Positions 21,147-33,107 of a stretch of DNA of 64,000 nucleotides are shown in pieces. The translations under genes and the position numbers were made by a program. The stretch is from Cyanobacteria bacterium P01_A01_bin.123 (GTDB lineage: Bacteria; Cyanobacteriota; Cyanobacteriia; Phormidesmidales; Phormidesmidaceae). The DNA lies in NCBI GenBank assembly GCA_039815185.1, contig JBCBZT010000016.1:72687-136686 (forward strand), written 5' to 3'. Within the stretch, counting starts at the first letter, position 1; the number at the start of each line of letters is the position of its first letter. The notes under the pieces are model-generated. The model was given only the letters and a program-made list of their open reading frames with translations, was not told where the DNA came from and made no database searches.

Positions 21147-22031
21147 CTAAACGGCTAGAGAAGGTTGAGGTGAAAATGTCAACTGCGGTTGGTTGTCGTA
21201 CCAAACTTTAGGGGGAAACGGAAAATCAGCGTAGCCAACCCGCAACAGACATAATCCTTGTGCCGGAGCCGAATATTTCACCTGATCACGGCAACGTTGT
21301 TGCCAAAGCTGGGTAAAGGCTTCAGGGGATCGCTTACCACACCCCACCTGCACCAAAAGCCCCATAATTAAGCGCACCATACCGTACAAAAAACCGCTGG
21401 ATTGAAGCTCAACATACAAGAGGGTGCCTCGTCGATAACATTCAGCCGCCTGAACCTCTACCCAAGAGTGGGCTCGTTTAGAGCCGGCCCGGTGAAAAGC
21501 TGTCAAATCATGTTGACCAACCAGTGGATCGAGTGCTGCCTGAATGCGTTCTTCATCCAAGGGCTGATAGTAATAATGCCAAGCAAACGGCCCCACAAAT
21601 AAGTTAGGCAGTGCATCCGTGTAAAGCGTGTAGCGATAGCGTCGCCAAAGAGCCGAGTACTGGGCATGCCAATCATTACCTACCTGGGCAGATGCCCTAA
21701 TCATGATGTCCTTAGGCAAACGATGATTAAGAATTGCGGCCCATCGATGAGCTGGGATCACTGCTGGAGCTTCAAAATGGGCTACTTGAGCCGCTGCATG
21801 AACGCCAGCGTCCGTTCGTCCTGCCCCATGTAGAGTTACGTGACCCCCTAACACAGACTCAATCGCTTGTTCAATCTCTGCTTGCACAGTACGTTGGTCG
21901 AGCTGCCGTTGCCAACCATGAAACCGAGCACCCAGATACTGAATCACCAACGCAATCCGCTGGGACTGGCTCCACCGCCCCGTTTGCTCAGCCTTGAGCT
22001 GCTCTCCAATTGTTGATGAATGGCGCGGCAT
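21147..22031 (-). CDS. truA: tRNA pseudouridine(38-40) synthase
   Basis: GWQRQ, AGRTDAGVHA, FLYGMVR. Start codon uncertain. Confidence 0.95.
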   Translation of the reverse strand: MPRHSSTIGEQLKAEQTGRWSQSQRIALVIQYLGARFHGWQRQLDQRTVQAEIEQAIESVLGGHVTLHGAGRTDAGVHAAAQVAHFEAPAVIPAHRWAAILNHRLPKDIMIRASAQVGNDWHAQYSALWRRYRYTLYTDALPNLFVGPFAWHYYYQPLDEERIQAALDPLVGQHDLTAFHRAGSKRAHSWVEVQAAECYRRGTLLYVELQSSGFLYGMVRLIMGLLVQVGCGKRSPEAFTQLWQQRCRDQVKYSAPAQGLCLLRVGYADFPFPPKVWYDNQPQLTFSPQPSLAV

Positions 22032-22126
22032 CTTCAACAGTCCATAACACAATCAAATCTCGTCCATATCCAAATCCATGGTTTCCCCTTAAGGCTAAAC
22101 AGCCAAGTCTCTAAATCGGATATGGT

Positions 22127-22477
22127 TTAAGTCAACTCAACAATCGCCATCTCGGCATTGTCGCCCCGGCGACTAATGGTTCGCAAAACTCGGGTATATC
22201 CCCCGTTGCGATCACCGTAGCGTTCCCCAGCCTGTTCAAATAAAGCATGAACAAGCTGTTTGTCGTACATGTAGCCCAGAGCTCGGCGACGGGCCGCGAG
22301 GGAACCATCCTTAGCCAGGGTAATCATGTGATCAGCTTCTGTACGCACTGCCTTGGCTCGGGCTTTTGTAGTAGTAATGCGACCATTGCGAATCAGCTCA
22401 GTGGTGAGCGATCGTAACAAAGCTTTGCGCTGGTCAGCAGGCTTGCTGAGTTTGGGGATACGACAACTATGGCGCAT
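22127..22477 (-). CDS. rplQ: 50S ribosomal protein L17
   Basis: MRH start, [17 protein letters not shown]. Confidence 0.98.
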   Translation of the reverse strand: MRHSCRIPKLSKPADQRKALLRSLTTELIRNGRITTTKARAKAVRTEADHMITLAKDGSLAARRRALGYMYDKQLVHALFEQAGERYGDRNGGYTRVLRTISRRGDNAEMAIVELT

Positions 22478-22589
22478 GGTTCTTTCTTAATCAGAATCAA
22501 CTAAATATCAACAACTTCGCAGAAAAAGGGGACTAAGCTTTGGAAAACCGTCCCCTTGAAGTTGATACCTCAAGAGGATCGAAGTGATC

Positions 22590-23537
22590 CTAAGATGACT
22601 TCGCTGGCTTCTCCAGCGGCAAGGTAATTCCCAACCGTTCCTGCAAAGCTTCAATCACTTCTTCAGCGGACTTTTGGCCAAAGTTCTTGATCTCCAGCAA
22701 GTCCTCTTGACTGTAGTCAAGCAAATCTGAAACAGAATTGATTTGGGCACGCTTGAGACAGTTGTAAGCCCGCACTGACAACTGCAACTCTTCGATGGGA
22801 ATTTGATTAGTTGGATCATCACTTTCTTTCTCCTCTTCTTGGGAGGGTTCAATGGTGATGTCCTTTAATGGATTGAACAAATCCACCAAAATAGCTGCAG
22901 CCTGACTCATGGCCTCCTGGGGCGTCAGGCTACCGTTAGTCCAAATATCCATGACTAAGCGGTCTTTACCCAAAGACCCGTCTACCATTGCATCTTCAAC
23001 GGTATAGTTGACCTTACGCACGGGCATAAAAACTGCATCAATTTGCATGAAGTCCAAAGCCGCTGCATCATCATGGCTACGGTCAATGGCCCGATAGCCC
23101 CGGCCACGTTCAACTTTAAATTCCATCTCAAGAGAATGCCCCTCAGCCACTGTCGCGACGTATTGCCCAGGGTTAATCAACTCCACATCAGCAGGCAAGT
23201 CAAAATCAGCCGCCATCACCGTCGCTGGACCATGAACGATGGCTCGACCGATCTGAGGCTGATTAGCGTAGCTGCGCAGCACAACCTGCTTAACATTGAG
23301 CAGGATATCCAAAACATCTTCTCGAACCCCAGGAATTGTGGAGAACTCGTGGGTTGCGCCCGCCAAGCGAATAGCCGTAATGGCAGTACCTTCAAGATTG
23401 GAGAGCAAAACCCGACGCAGCGCGTTGCCTACCGTGCTTCCTTGACTCCGCTCTAGTGGCTCCAGCACAAATTGGCTGTACTGCCCAAAATCATCTTCAA
23501 CAATTGACTCAACACACTCAACCTGAAACTGTGCCAC
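22590..23537 (-). CDS. rpoA: RNA polymerase alpha subunit
   Basis: GNALRRVLLS, HEFSTIPGVREDV, LSVRAYNCLKR. Confidence 0.98.
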   Translation of the reverse strand: MAQFQVECVESIVEDDFGQYSQFVLEPLERSQGSTVGNALRRVLLSNLEGTAITAIRLAGATHEFSTIPGVREDVLDILLNVKQVVLRSYANQPQIGRAIVHGPATVMAADFDLPADVELINPGQYVATVAEGHSLEMEFKVERGRGYRAIDRSHDDAAALDFMQIDAVFMPVRKVNYTVEDAMVDGSLGKDRLVMDIWTNGSLTPQEAMSQAAAILVDLFNPLKDITIEPSQEEEKESDDPTNQIPIEELQLSVRAYNCLKRAQINSVSDLLDYSQEDLLEIKNFGQKSAEEVIEALQERLGITLPLEKPAKSS

Positions 23538-23703
23538 AGCGTGACCTCCCTTCTCCTTGAAGCTGCTTGCAGACCCTTACCCAAACCCCTGCTCTAAATA
23601 CCAAACAATATCTGGATTTCACTTAAAAGAGCTGATGAGTGAAACATGAACTAATCAACAGTTTTCTCACCATTTCAGGGGAGAACCCAAACATTATCGC
23701 CCT

Positions 23704-24096
23704 TTAAACCCGACGACGCTTGGGAGGACGACAACCGTTGTGTGGAATCGGCGTCACGTCGCGAATCAGCGTGATCTCCAAGCCTGCGCCCTGAAGCGCA
23801 CGAATAGCTGTTTCACGCCCAGCCCCAGGACCGCTGACCATCACCTCAATCTGGCGCATGCCTTGGTCAATGGCGCGACGAGCTGCGCTGTCTGCGGCCG
23901 TCTGAGCCGCAAATGGCGTCCCCTTTTTGGCACCTTTAAATCCACTAGAACCAGCGGAAGCCCAGGAAATAGCTTCACCGTTGGTATCTGTTATTGTCAC
24001 AATGGTGTTGTTGAAAGTCGATTGAATGTGGGCAACACCACTGGGAACATTTCTCCGCTGCTTGCGGGCTCCTGATTTCTTAGTTGGTTTGGCCAT
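23704..24096 (-). CDS. rpsK: 30S ribosomal protein S11
   Basis: [23 protein letters not shown]. Confidence 0.98.
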   Translation of the reverse strand: MAKPTKKSGARKQRRNVPSGVAHIQSTFNNTIVTITDTNGEAISWASAGSSGFKGAKKGTPFAAQTAADSAARRAIDQGMRQIEVMVSGPGAGRETAIRALQGAGLEITLIRDVTPIPHNGCRPPKRRRV

Positions 24097-24290
24097 AACC
24101 CCAATTTGAAGCTTCGATACTGGAAAAAATAAACATAATTAACTAGGCAAGCTCAGGACGTTACAGAGAGCACCACTAAAGACCATCAAGCTAAAGTCTG
24201 AGGCGATCGCAAGATCGAAATCAACCGCCAAAGAAAACGACAGTGAGGCATGCCAACAAGGCAGTGTCTCTCACCCACCCCTGTATAGCC

Positions 24291-24665
24291 TTACTTCGCC
24301 TTTTTCTTACCGGCAACAGTACGACGAACGCCCCGTCGAGTTCTAGCATTGGTCCGAGTCCGCTGTCCTCGAACGGGCAACCCTGCCCTGTGCCTTCTTC
24401 CCCGATAGGAACCAATGTCCATCAAACGCTTGATGTTCATCGTTTCCCAGCGTCTCAAATCCCCTTCGATCTGATACGCATTTTCAACAACTTCTCGAAG
24501 CTTTGAGACATCCGCATCGCTCAAATCTCTAACCCGAATGTCTGCATCGACACCCGTCGTGGATAAAATCTCTTTTGAGCGACTTAGCCCAATGCCATAA
24601 ATATAGGTTAGACCAATCTCAACGCGCTTATCCCTTGGCAGGTCAACGCCAGCTATCCGTGCCAC
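24291..24665 (-). CDS. rpsM: 30S ribosomal protein S13
   Basis: [24 protein letters not shown]. Confidence 0.98.
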   Translation of the reverse strand: MARIAGVDLPRDKRVEIGLTYIYGIGLSRSKEILSTTGVDADIRVRDLSDADVSKLREVVENAYQIEGDLRRWETMNIKRLMDIGSYRGRRHRAGLPVRGQRTRTNARTRRGVRRTVAGKKKAK

Positions 24666-24804
24666 AAACTACCTCTCCCAATGCTGATATAAACCGCTGC
24701 ACACTTACCTAAAACTTGACAAAACCCTTACCTGTTGAAACAGGGTATGGAAGCTTTTGGCATAACCCCCAATAGATCTCTATCATTCTGTGAAAATCAC
24801 AGCT

Positions 24805-24918
24805 CTATCCTTGGCGCTGCTTATGCTTGGGGTTCGAACAAATTACCATCACCCGTCCTCTACGACGGATAACCCGACACTTATCACACATCCTACGAAC
24901 CGACGCACGGACTTTCAT
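24805..24918 (-). CDS. rpmJ: 50S ribosomal protein L36 (too short for the ORF track)
   Basis: Manual translation [37 protein letters not shown], with intact Zn-ribbon ligands. Confidence 0.97.
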   Translation of the reverse strand: MKVRASVRRMCDKCRVIRRRGRVMVICSNPKHKQRQG

Positions 24919-24952
24919 GTCCCAATCACTTGTATTGCACTACAGAATGACT

Positions 24953-24982
24953 ATCCTACCCAAAATTGAGCAAGATAGTCAA
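24953..24982 (-). promoter_or_regulatory. Putative sigma70-type promoter for the rpmJ-rpsM-rpsK-rpoA operon
   Basis: TTGACT-18 nt-TAGGAT on the minus strand, ending 34 nt upstream of the rpmJ ATG. Confidence 0.5.
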
Positions 24983-25257
24983 ATTATTTTTTAAATTTAG
25001 TCTCTAGGCTAGTTTTAGCTCGATAGCTTCTCCCAAGAAGCAACCATAAATCAAAATCAAGTCCGATTAAGGGTTGTCCCGATCTACAGGTAGCCTTTTT
25101 AGCCCGGAAGGATTCTAGCCCCAGTGGTAGCCAAACTACCACCCGGCATTGAAGAGCAATGGACAAAAGCTTGTCTGAGCCTAGTGTTCAAAGAATCGCT
25201 GTTTAGACAGCCAGCAATTTTTGCATTTGGGGAGGGTGAAGAATTTTAAGGCTATGA

Positions 25258-25659
25258 TTAAGACCCCCGTCTTAGCGCAGCTTCTACCTGCTTAAATTCT
25301 TGTTGCAGTCGGGTTTTAAGTTTGTCCGGAACAGGACGATTCGGATATGAACTGTAGTGCCCAGCTAAAGCATTGAGTGCCGTTCGCATCGTCGTAAAAG
25401 AACTTAAGTTAGCCACTGAGTTATCACGCCGATAACGAGACGCAAACTGGCTAATCTGCTGCCTAGCTTCTGCTTCAGCACCAGATTTACTCAGATCGCC
25501 CTCTGGCAGTTCAATCGCAGCACGTAGGCTGGTTAACAGCGTCATCGTGTCCTGCTGATAATTCCCAGTTAAACTACCGCTTGAACTTGCACCGCAGCCA
25601 GTCAAACCAATAACAGCTACTAGAGTAAAGGCAAGCAAACGGGACAATATTTTTCTCAT
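25258..25659 (-). CDS. psb27: Photosystem II assembly lipoprotein Psb27
   Basis: Lipobox LTGC, SFTTMRTALNALAGHYSSYPNRP. Confidence 0.95.
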   Translation of the reverse strand: MRKILSRLLAFTLVAVIGLTGCGASSSGSLTGNYQQDTMTLLTSLRAAIELPEGDLSKSGAEAEARQQISQFASRYRRDNSVANLSSFTTMRTALNALAGHYSSYPNRPVPDKLKTRLQQEFKQVEAALRRGS

Positions 25660-25810
25660 AGGTGCTTGAAAACGCAGTGATGAACGTGAAAGTAAAGAGG
25701 TGGATAGCAATACAGCTATCCGATTAATCTATTCCATCCTAGCTTGAGTCGTGCACCCAGAAAATGGCTGCATTAGCTCTTAAATGGGTTCAGTGAAGTT
25801 TAGCCTCTCA

Positions 25811-27691
25811 CTAAGCTGGGTAAATTCGTAAGCGTCGGTTCGGTTCGTCGCCAAAGCTAGATGACTTGAGGCGATAATGTTCGGCAAGTTCATGCTGCAT
25901 CTTTCTGACCTTGGCAGAGCGCGGCAAAAGCTCTACGGGTTGACCTTTAGGAATGACGATTTGTTCGACAGCCAAACGCGCTTCCTCCAATGCCTCTAGC
26001 TCATCATCATCGCCACTCTGCGAGAAAAGCTCCAAATTAACTGAGGAAGGGGTTAGGCTACCCTCTTCCATGTCTAGGAATCGCTGTAATCCGCGCACAA
26101 TTTGGGGCATGCTGTTTGACTTAACCGTCTGAATTGGGATTTGACGGGCTTTGGCGATGTGTCGAAGTTTAGAGTGGGTTTTAACTTGGGAGCGTAGGGC
26201 TAGAATCACATCTGCAGTATCCAGGTCTTTGGTCAACATAACAGGCAGAGATAAAGTCTGAATAGCCTGCTCCAATTGGTGTCGGCTAATCCCATAGGGA
26301 TAGACTTGAACAATATCTTCTCCATCTGGCCCTAACCAGGCTTCATCTTCCACCGAAGCATCAAACTCATCCGCTACTCTCACCAAGTCAGCAGTTGGGG
26401 GTGATAGCGACTGGTCTAGCAGCTGTTGGAAATGAACTTGTTCAACAGTTCGAGGTGGGCTGTCTGCCAAGGGACGACGGGATAAGGTTCGCTGGGGTGG
26501 CTTGCCTGCCAGGGGCACCATATGTCCTGAGGAACGCCAGCTTCCGGCTGACGTTGAACGACCAGAAGCTGAACCCCCGCCATATTGACTGGACAGCTCG
26601 TGGGTAATCTTAACTTTGCCGTTGTCCCCCATGGTTCGGATTTGGGGAGTCGGTTGGCGGCCTCGAAGTAAGCTATCTACTGTATCAGACACGCTTTCGT
26701 GAACAACCCAGCGCTGGCGTTCAAGCATTTCAATGGCGATGTCAAAGGTTGGTGGTGCTTTTCGTTCTAAGACACTCTTTTGACTACCGCGTCGCCGGGC
26801 TTCATCATCACCCAGGGTAACTGACTGGATACCGCCGACGAGATCTGAGAGGGTGGGATTTTTAATTAGATTTTCGATGCGATTGCCATGGGCTGTGCCC
26901 ACCAATTGAACGCCTCGCTCTGCGATGGTACGAGCAGCTAGGGCCTCAAGTTCAGTGCCAATTTCATCGATAACGATAACCTCCGGCATGTGGTTTTCTA
27001 CAGCTTCGATCATCACCTTATGCTGCAACTCAGGTTGGGCGACTTGCATCCGTCGAGCCCGGCCAATGGCCGGGTGGGGAATATCACCATCTCCTGCAAT
27101 CTCATTCGACGTATCGATGATCACCACACGCTTTTGCAAATCGTCGGCTAAAACCCGAGCGATTTCCCGTAAAGCAGTGGTTTTGCCTACTCCTGGACGA
27201 CCCAGTAGCAAGATGGATTGCCCGGTTTCAATCAGGTCATGGATTAATCCGATGGTGCCAAAGACAGCTCGACCAACCCGACAGGTCAACCCAATGATGT
27301 CTCCAGCGCGATTCCGCATGGCACTGATGCGATGCAAGGTTTGCTCAATCCCGGCCCGATTATCGCTGCTAAAGTTACCCACGCGATCAATACAGTGGTG
27401 TAAGTCTGCCTGGGAGACTACGATTTCTGACAAGTACTCTGCCCCCGTAGGAAACCGGGCTTCGGGTTGCCGACCTAAATCCAGCACAATCTCAATCAGC
27501 GTTTGCCGTTGGGGATGGGCATTGACTCGTTGCTGTAAATCAGCTGGGAGAATAGCAATCAGATGCTCTAAGTCGTCTGTGATTTGATGTCCTGGAAGTT
27601 TATCAGTTACTGCTGCTGGGGCTTCAGTAGGCAGGTTTTCTGGGGTAGAGGACTTGCGATTTTGGGCGTTATCGCCGTTGAGACTGACCAT
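25811..27691 (-). CDS. ycf45: Ycf45 / SpoIIIAA-like AAA ATPase with C-terminal R3H domain
   Basis: [26 protein letters not shown]. Confidence 0.88.
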   Translation of the reverse strand: MVSLNGDNAQNRKSSTPENLPTEAPAAVTDKLPGHQITDDLEHLIAILPADLQQRVNAHPQRQTLIEIVLDLGRQPEARFPTGAEYLSEIVVSQADLHHCIDRVGNFSSDNRAGIEQTLHRISAMRNRAGDIIGLTCRVGRAVFGTIGLIHDLIETGQSILLLGRPGVGKTTALREIARVLADDLQKRVVIIDTSNEIAGDGDIPHPAIGRARRMQVAQPELQHKVMIEAVENHMPEVIVIDEIGTELEALAARTIAERGVQLVGTAHGNRIENLIKNPTLSDLVGGIQSVTLGDDEARRRGSQKSVLERKAPPTFDIAIEMLERQRWVVHESVSDTVDSLLRGRQPTPQIRTMGDNGKVKITHELSSQYGGGSASGRSTSAGSWRSSGHMVPLAGKPPQRTLSRRPLADSPPRTVEQVHFQQLLDQSLSPPTADLVRVADEFDASVEDEAWLGPDGEDIVQVYPYGISRHQLEQAIQTLSLPVMLTKDLDTADVILALRSQVKTHSKLRHIAKARQIPIQTVKSNSMPQIVRGLQRFLDMEEGSLTPSSVNLELFSQSGDDDELEALEEARLAVEQIVIPKGQPVELLPRSAKVRKMQHELAEHYRLKSSSFGDEPNRRLRIYPA

Positions 27692-27778
27692 AGATTCAGA
27701 GGTGAGCTGAACTGAGTAGAGACCTTTGGAATCAAACGTTTAGAGAGTAGTGATTAGGTCATTGATATCGGCATAGGG

Positions 27779-29023
27779 CTAAGCGGTGGTAACAGATTTA
27801 GGACTCCCCTTTGAGCTGTCCTGTGGGTCGGCTCCTTTGATCTGATTGACCAGCAAAGATGCTTGTTCAATAGCTTGATGCAACTGAGTGAGATGGTGCT
27901 GCGCTAGGGGCAAAGTTTTTGGGGGCATTGGCTGTATTGTAGGAGAATCTGTGGAAATAGCCTTCTCAGAATCAGGATTTCGGATTGATATCTGTAGCGG
28001 TGAGAGTGATGAAGGGGTTAGAGTCGTTTGCTCTAAAATCGGCATGACTAGTTTTCTGGCATAGCTTCCATAGGCAATACCTGCGATCGCAGCAGTTTTA
28101 TTGCCCCCTCTGGATAGCGTTGTACTGCGCAAAAGACCTAGCTCAGCTAACTTGGATACTGTATGAAGATTGGTGCCACCAGCCAGCTGGACATATCCCG
28201 GTAGCCCTGCTTGTAAGACTTTCTGCCCTAATCGAATAGTTGCGTGAGTTGTTCCTCTGCCGATGTCACCACTCATGGGGCGGCCATCGGTTTGCCAAAT
28301 CAGAGGGATAGGAAGGGGCCGGATCAGATCGTAAAGAGCCCAGAGGTAATCGATTAGTCCCGAACCATCAGGACAGCTAATCGCCACAAGCTTTAGTGAG
28401 TTAATCTGGGTGGCGAGAACCTGCCATAGGGCTCTAAAGTCGGCTTCGCGACCAACTTGAGTATGGATCTCGATTGCATCAACTGCTGGCAGCAGAGTAG
28501 GGGCGATCGCAGTTAAGCTGGCGCGATAGGACTGGGTTGAAATCTGTCCCACCGGACAAATCGGGATACAACGGCCGCAGCCATAACATCGATCGGCTAG
28601 AATTCCGGCAGTGCTGCTCTGATGGTCGTGGGTGGAGCGTGAATCAAATGTAATCGCCTCTGCTGGGCATACTGCTTCACAGGGCCGATGGCACTGACTT
28701 GGGCATGCCGTAGGGTTAAACATCGCCTTGCGAAAATGGGGATCTTCACCGTCGTTTAGGCTCACCATTAGCAGAGGACGCCCCGAATACTCGGATGACC
28801 TACCGATAGCTGATCGCGAAATTGCTGCTGCCGCCTCTAACCCTGCTTGGGCCGCTCTAACAACGGCCGGATCAGCAGCTACATCGATACAGTCAGCCCC
28901 TGCAATGGCATAAACCAAAGCCAAGTCACGAATGGCAGGAAGGTGTTGGTAGCTAGCACCGCAGATTAATTTGAACCAGCGACCTTCCTCAAGGGATGTC
29001 AGAAAAGAACAGTGTGTATTCAC
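27779..29023 (-). CDS. ldpA: Circadian light-dependent period protein LdpA (Fe-S)
   Basis: WFKLICGAS, DPHFRKA, two Fe-S Cys clusters, DGRPMSGDIG. Confidence 0.93.
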   Translation of the reverse strand: MNTHCSFLTSLEEGRWFKLICGASYQHLPAIRDLALVYAIAGADCIDVAADPAVVRAAQAGLEAAAAISRSAIGRSSEYSGRPLLMVSLNDGEDPHFRKAMFNPTACPSQCHRPCEAVCPAEAITFDSRSTHDHQSSTAGILADRCYGCGRCIPICPVGQISTQSYRASLTAIAPTLLPAVDAIEIHTQVGREADFRALWQVLATQINSLKLVAISCPDGSGLIDYLWALYDLIRPLPIPLIWQTDGRPMSGDIGRGTTHATIRLGQKVLQAGLPGYVQLAGGTNLHTVSKLAELGLLRSTTLSRGGNKTAAIAGIAYGSYARKLVMPILEQTTLTPSSLSPLQISIRNPDSEKAISTDSPTIQPMPPKTLPLAQHHLTQLHQAIEQASLLVNQIKGADPQDSSKGSPKSVTTA

Positions 29024-29123
29024 CCTTCTATGCTAACGGGTTCCAATTTAAATAACGAGGCTGAAACGGCTAAAAAGCAAGGGATTGACAAAAAACTCAA
29101 AGGAAAATCTAAATCTACAGCGA

Positions 29124-29597
29124 TCAAGCTGCCAGCATTTGCTGCAAGGGTTGCCAGCTAAACACGCGATCGCCCCCAACCTCAACCACCACTTTGATAC
29201 GAGTGTCGAGTTGAGGTAAGGCTGCCAAATACTGCAATTCTTGCTTGGAGAGAATCTGACCTTCAATCAACCAAATTAATAGCCCCTTAGCCTTAGGTTG
29301 GAGTGCATCCAGCCGAGTCCCCACCATCGGTGGGATATAGTGTCGATCACCCACTGCCGCCGATTGCCCCATATTTTTCTTGCCCAAATGGGGTGGACGT
29401 ACCCCGTGAATTCCCATCAAATAAGCTGAGAGATCTCCAAGTCCTCTGGCAGTAATGTGCAAACACTCATAGCCTGCTGTCCGAATCCGGCGCTGATAGC
29501 GGCCTTCAAACCCGCCCTCCAAGGGAGCCTTAACCGCGATCGCGCCTGCGTCTTCAAGGGCTCGAATTAATCGCTTACCGGATGCTAGAAGTGCCAT
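29124..29597 (-). CDS. ndhN: NDH-1 subunit N
   Basis: PLEGGFEGRYQRR, ARGLGD, HGVRPPHLGK. Confidence 0.95.
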   Translation of the reverse strand: MALLASGKRLIRALEDAGAIAVKAPLEGGFEGRYQRRIRTAGYECLHITARGLGDLSAYLMGIHGVRPPHLGKKNMGQSAAVGDRHYIPPMVGTRLDALQPKAKGLLIWLIEGQILSKQELQYLAALPQLDTRIKVVVEVGGDRVFSWQPLQQMLAA

Positions 29598-29731
29598 AAG
29601 CCGCGTATTTTTTGGAACATTATCTACTACCACCTAAACATAATAAGGAGAAGTCTACCGAATTGGATCCTACATCTTAAATTGATAGGACGCTCCTCAT
29701 TACCTTGCAAATCCTAGACAGGAAAAAATAC

Positions 29732-29760
29732 TGGACAAGCACAAGATACCTGTGTATGAT
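29732..29760 (+). promoter_or_regulatory. Putative promoter of the rplC operon
   Basis: TGGACA-17 nt-TATGAT, about 355 nt upstream of rplC. Confidence 0.55.
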
Positions 29761-30117
29761 GAATAATCGTCGCCAAAAAAGGATACTGAGTGGATTACCA
29801 CTTAAGTCCTGGTGATTCTTTAAGCATCGGCTTAGTTCTTTTAGGGTGATTATCCCCTAGACGCGTTTGGGTTTGAGAGACTGGCGTCTTGGACGATCGT
29901 TCATCCTTCTAAAACTGAGGCTGTTAATGCTCAATTTCCTTGGGTATCTAAACTTGGTTATGTTGGCCTCTATGGCTGCTTCAAACGCCTGGTTTTGTCT
30001 ACTACCTCTGGGATTTGCTTTGTGCGCAAAGATAGATTCCTAGTGATTGAGGTGTTGGGCTGTTTTTGGCAGGCACTGCCTGCCATTTGTACTGTGTAAA
30101 AACGGAGAGATGTGGTT

Positions 30118-30753
30118 GTGTCTGTTGGTATTCTTGGCACCAAGCTTGGGATGACCCAAATCTTTGATGAAGCGGGTAATTCAGTTCCAGTGACGGTGGT
30201 TCAGGCCGGGCCCTGTTCCATTACACAAGTGAAGACAAAGCAAACGGATGGCTACTTTGCCGTACAGATTGGCTATGGCGAAGTGGCTGAGAAAGCATTG
30301 TCAAAGCCCGAGTTGGGTCATTTGTCGAAGGCAGGGGTTAGTCCTATGCGACACCTTCGGGAGTACCCCATTGGCGAAGCTGAAACCTTTGAACTGGGTC
30401 AGCAGCTAACGGCTGAAATTTTTGAATCGGGCCAACTGGTAGATGTAACTGGAACCAGCATCGGGCGAGGATTTGCAGGCTACCAAAAGCGGCACAATTT
30501 CCGACGGGGCCCTATGGCTCACGGATCTAAGAATCACCGCTCGCCTGGTTCCACCGGAGCGGGCACAACTCCAGGGCGGATCTACCCTGGTAAAAAGATG
30601 GCAGGTCGAATGGGTGGAGAACGGGTGACAATCCGCAAGCTTAAAGTTGTTCGGGTAGATGCCGAGCGCAATTTACTGCTGATTAGAGGTGCAGTGCCTG
30701 GTAAGCCAGGGGGGGTAGTCAGTATTTCTCCTGCCAACATTGTTGGTCAGTAA
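30118..30753 (+). CDS. rplC: 50S ribosomal protein L3
   Basis: [21 protein letters not shown] start after GGAGA. Confidence 0.98.
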   Translation: MSVGILGTKLGMTQIFDEAGNSVPVTVVQAGPCSITQVKTKQTDGYFAVQIGYGEVAEKALSKPELGHLSKAGVSPMRHLREYPIGEAETFELGQQLTAEIFESGQLVDVTGTSIGRGFAGYQKRHNFRRGPMAHGSKNHRSPGSTGAGTTPGRIYPGKKMAGRMGGERVTIRKLKVVRVDAERNLLLIRGAVPGKPGGVVSISPANIVGQ

Positions 30754-30846
30754 TTTATGCGTTGACAGGTGTGTTACTTGTGTCGATAGGTTGTTGTATC
30801 AATACCCTGGCTCAGGGGTTAGGCGACTGGAGGGGATAGGGAAGTT

Positions 30847-31479
30847 ATGGTTGAGTATATCGTTCGAGATTGGCAAGGGGATGAAGTTGGCAAAGCCGAC
30901 TTGGATCTCAGGGTGGCAAAGGAAGAAAATGCTGCCCATATTGTTCATCGTGCCATGGTGCGTCAGATGAATAATGGACGACAAGGTACGGTGTCCACCA
31001 AAACTCGCACTGAAGTTAGGGGGGGAGGACGCAAACCTTGGCGTCAGAAAGGAACCGGTCGAGCTCGGGCGGGTAGCAGTCGGTCTCCCCTATGGAAGGG
31101 CGGTGGCGTAATTTTTGGCCCCAAACCTCGGGATTACTCAACCAAGATGAATCGCAAGGAGCGTCGTTTAGCCCTACGAACTGCGCTGCAGGGTAGGGCC
31201 GATCAAATGGTCGTGGTTGAAGATTTCGCAGCCCAGTTTTCCCGTCCCAAGACGAAAGAGTTGTTGGCTGCGATCGCCCGATGGGAAATCAATGCCAGTA
31301 GCAAGATTTTGATGATTTTGCCTGAGCTCGAAGAAAACATTTACTTGTCGGCGCGCAACGTTGCCACGCTGAAGTTGATCGCCGCTACCAGCTTAAACGT
31401 TTATGACCTATTGGAAGCTGACTTTTTGGTGGTGACTGCATCAGCGCTTGAGAAGATTCAGGAGGTTTACAGTGACTAA
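30847..31479 (+). CDS. rplD: 50S ribosomal protein L4
   Basis: [20 protein letters not shown]. Confidence 0.98.
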   Translation: MVEYIVRDWQGDEVGKADLDLRVAKEENAAHIVHRAMVRQMNNGRQGTVSTKTRTEVRGGGRKPWRQKGTGRARAGSSRSPLWKGGGVIFGPKPRDYSTKMNRKERRLALRTALQGRADQMVVVEDFAAQFSRPKTKELLAAIARWEINASSKILMILPELEENIYLSARNVATLKLIAATSLNVYDLLEADFLVVTASALEKIQEVYSD

Positions 31480-31777
31480 GGTATATGACTCAGCAGCGCT
31501 AGCCGATGTTATAAGGCGGCCCCTAGTCACCGAAAAAGCAACCCTTTTGTTGGCAGATAACAAGTACACCTTTGAGGTCGTCCAAAAGGCAAGTAAGCCT
31601 GAGATCAAAGCGGCGGTCGAAATGCTCTTCAACGTCAAAGTCACTGGCGTCAATACCAGCAACCCACCGCGAAAAACGCGCCGTATGGGACGTTTTATGG
31701 GCTATAAGCCTCAATATAAAAGGGCTGTGGTTACTTTGGCTCCGGGCGATACTATCACCCTGTTTCCCGATGTTTAG
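31472..31777 (+). CDS. rplW: 50S ribosomal protein L23
   Basis: [18 protein letters not shown] start overlaps the rplD end. Confidence 0.96.
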   Translation: MTKVYDSAALADVIRRPLVTEKATLLLADNKYTFEVVQKASKPEIKAAVEMLFNVKVTGVNTSNPPRKTRRMGRFMGYKPQYKRAVVTLAPGDTITLFPDV

Positions 31778-31872
31778 AGCCGTTATTTAGAGCAGAGATG
31801 GGCTCTAAGCTCCAGCAAAGTTGAGTTATTTTGATTTGTTAGCAGTTCAGTTGTGCAGGCGAAGTTTGAGTC

Positions 31873-32736
31873 ATGGGTATCCGTTCATATCGGCCATACA
31901 CTCCTGGAACTCGGGAACGAACAGTTTCTGAGTTCACCGAAATCACTCGAAGTGAACCCGAAAAATCCCTTACCCGATCGGTTCATCGGCCAAAGGGCCG
32001 AAACAATCGCGGGGTAATTACATGCCGTCATCGGGGTGGCGGCCACAAACGGCTTTACCGGATCATCGATTTCTATCGGAATAAGCACAATGTGCTGGCC
32101 AAAGTCGCCACCATTGAATATGACCCTAACCGTAATGCTCGAATCGCTCTGCTTTATTACGAAGATGGAGAAAAACGGTATATTCTGCACCCGGCTAATT
32201 TAGCCGTGGGGGCAACGGTAGTTTCTGGCCCTGATGCACCCTTAGAAATTGGCAATGCATTGCCCCTGTCCAATATTCCGCTGGGAACACAGGTTCATAA
32301 CGTTGAGTTGTTACCTGGTAAAGGCGGACAGATTGTACGGGCTGCAGGTACCTCAGCCCAGCTTGTAGCCAAAGATGGTAACTACGTTACTCTCAAGCTA
32401 CCGTCCAGCGAAGTCCGCATGATCCGTCGTGAATGCTATGCCACCATCGGGCAGGTGGGAAACACCGATGCTCGTAATGTCACCCTGGGTAAAGCAGGCC
32501 GTAAGCGCTGGAGCGGTAGGCGTCCTGAGGTTAGGGGTAGCGTTATGAACCCGGTTGATCACCCCCACGGTGGAGGTGAAGGACGTGCGCCCATTGGTCG
32601 TAGTGGGCCGGTTACGCCTTGGGGTAAACCTGCACTGGGTTACAAAACGCGTCGGAAGAAGAAGGCAAGCAGTGCCCTAATTGTTAGGCGTCGGCGTCGG
32701 TCGTCCAAGCGGGGTCGGGGAGGACGGAATGCGTAG
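31873..32736 (+). CDS. rplB: 50S ribosomal protein L2
   Basis: [25 protein letters not shown]. Confidence 0.98.
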   Translation: MGIRSYRPYTPGTRERTVSEFTEITRSEPEKSLTRSVHRPKGRNNRGVITCRHRGGGHKRLYRIIDFYRNKHNVLAKVATIEYDPNRNARIALLYYEDGEKRYILHPANLAVGATVVSGPDAPLEIGNALPLSNIPLGTQVHNVELLPGKGGQIVRAAGTSAQLVAKDGNYVTLKLPSSEVRMIRRECYATIGQVGNTDARNVTLGKAGRKRWSGRRPEVRGSVMNPVDHPHGGGEGRAPIGRSGPVTPWGKPALGYKTRRKKKASSALIVRRRRRSSKRGRGGRNA

Positions 32737-32808
32737 AGGGTCAGTTACCGTTCCCAACGGTGTTCTCTCGATCAACGCTATCAAACTTACTTCGTTGCTG
32801 TAACTATC

Positions 32809-33087
32809 ATGTCTCGTTCATTAAAAAAAGGTCCTTTTGTTGCGGATCACCTACTCAAAAAAGTAGAGGTTTTGAACTCGAAGAATGAGAAACAAGTTAT
32901 CAAGACTTGGTCTCGAGCTTCAACTATTCTGCCTCAAATGATTGGACACACCATTGCAGTACACAACGGGCGGCAACATGTACCTGTGTTCATCTCTGAA
33001 CAGATGGTTGGGCATAAGTTGGGGGAGTTCGCGCCAACGCGAACCTTCCGAGGACACGCTAAAAGCGATAAGAAGGCACGCCGTTAA
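32809..33087 (+). CDS. rpsS: 30S ribosomal protein S19
   Basis: [19 protein letters not shown]. Confidence 0.98.
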   Translation: MSRSLKKGPFVADHLLKKVEVLNSKNEKQVIKTWSRASTILPQMIGHTIAVHNGRQHVPVFISEQMVGHKLGEFAPTRTFRGHAKSDKKARR

Positions 33088-33107
33088 GGGCAGTTAGGGA
33101 GAGAACA

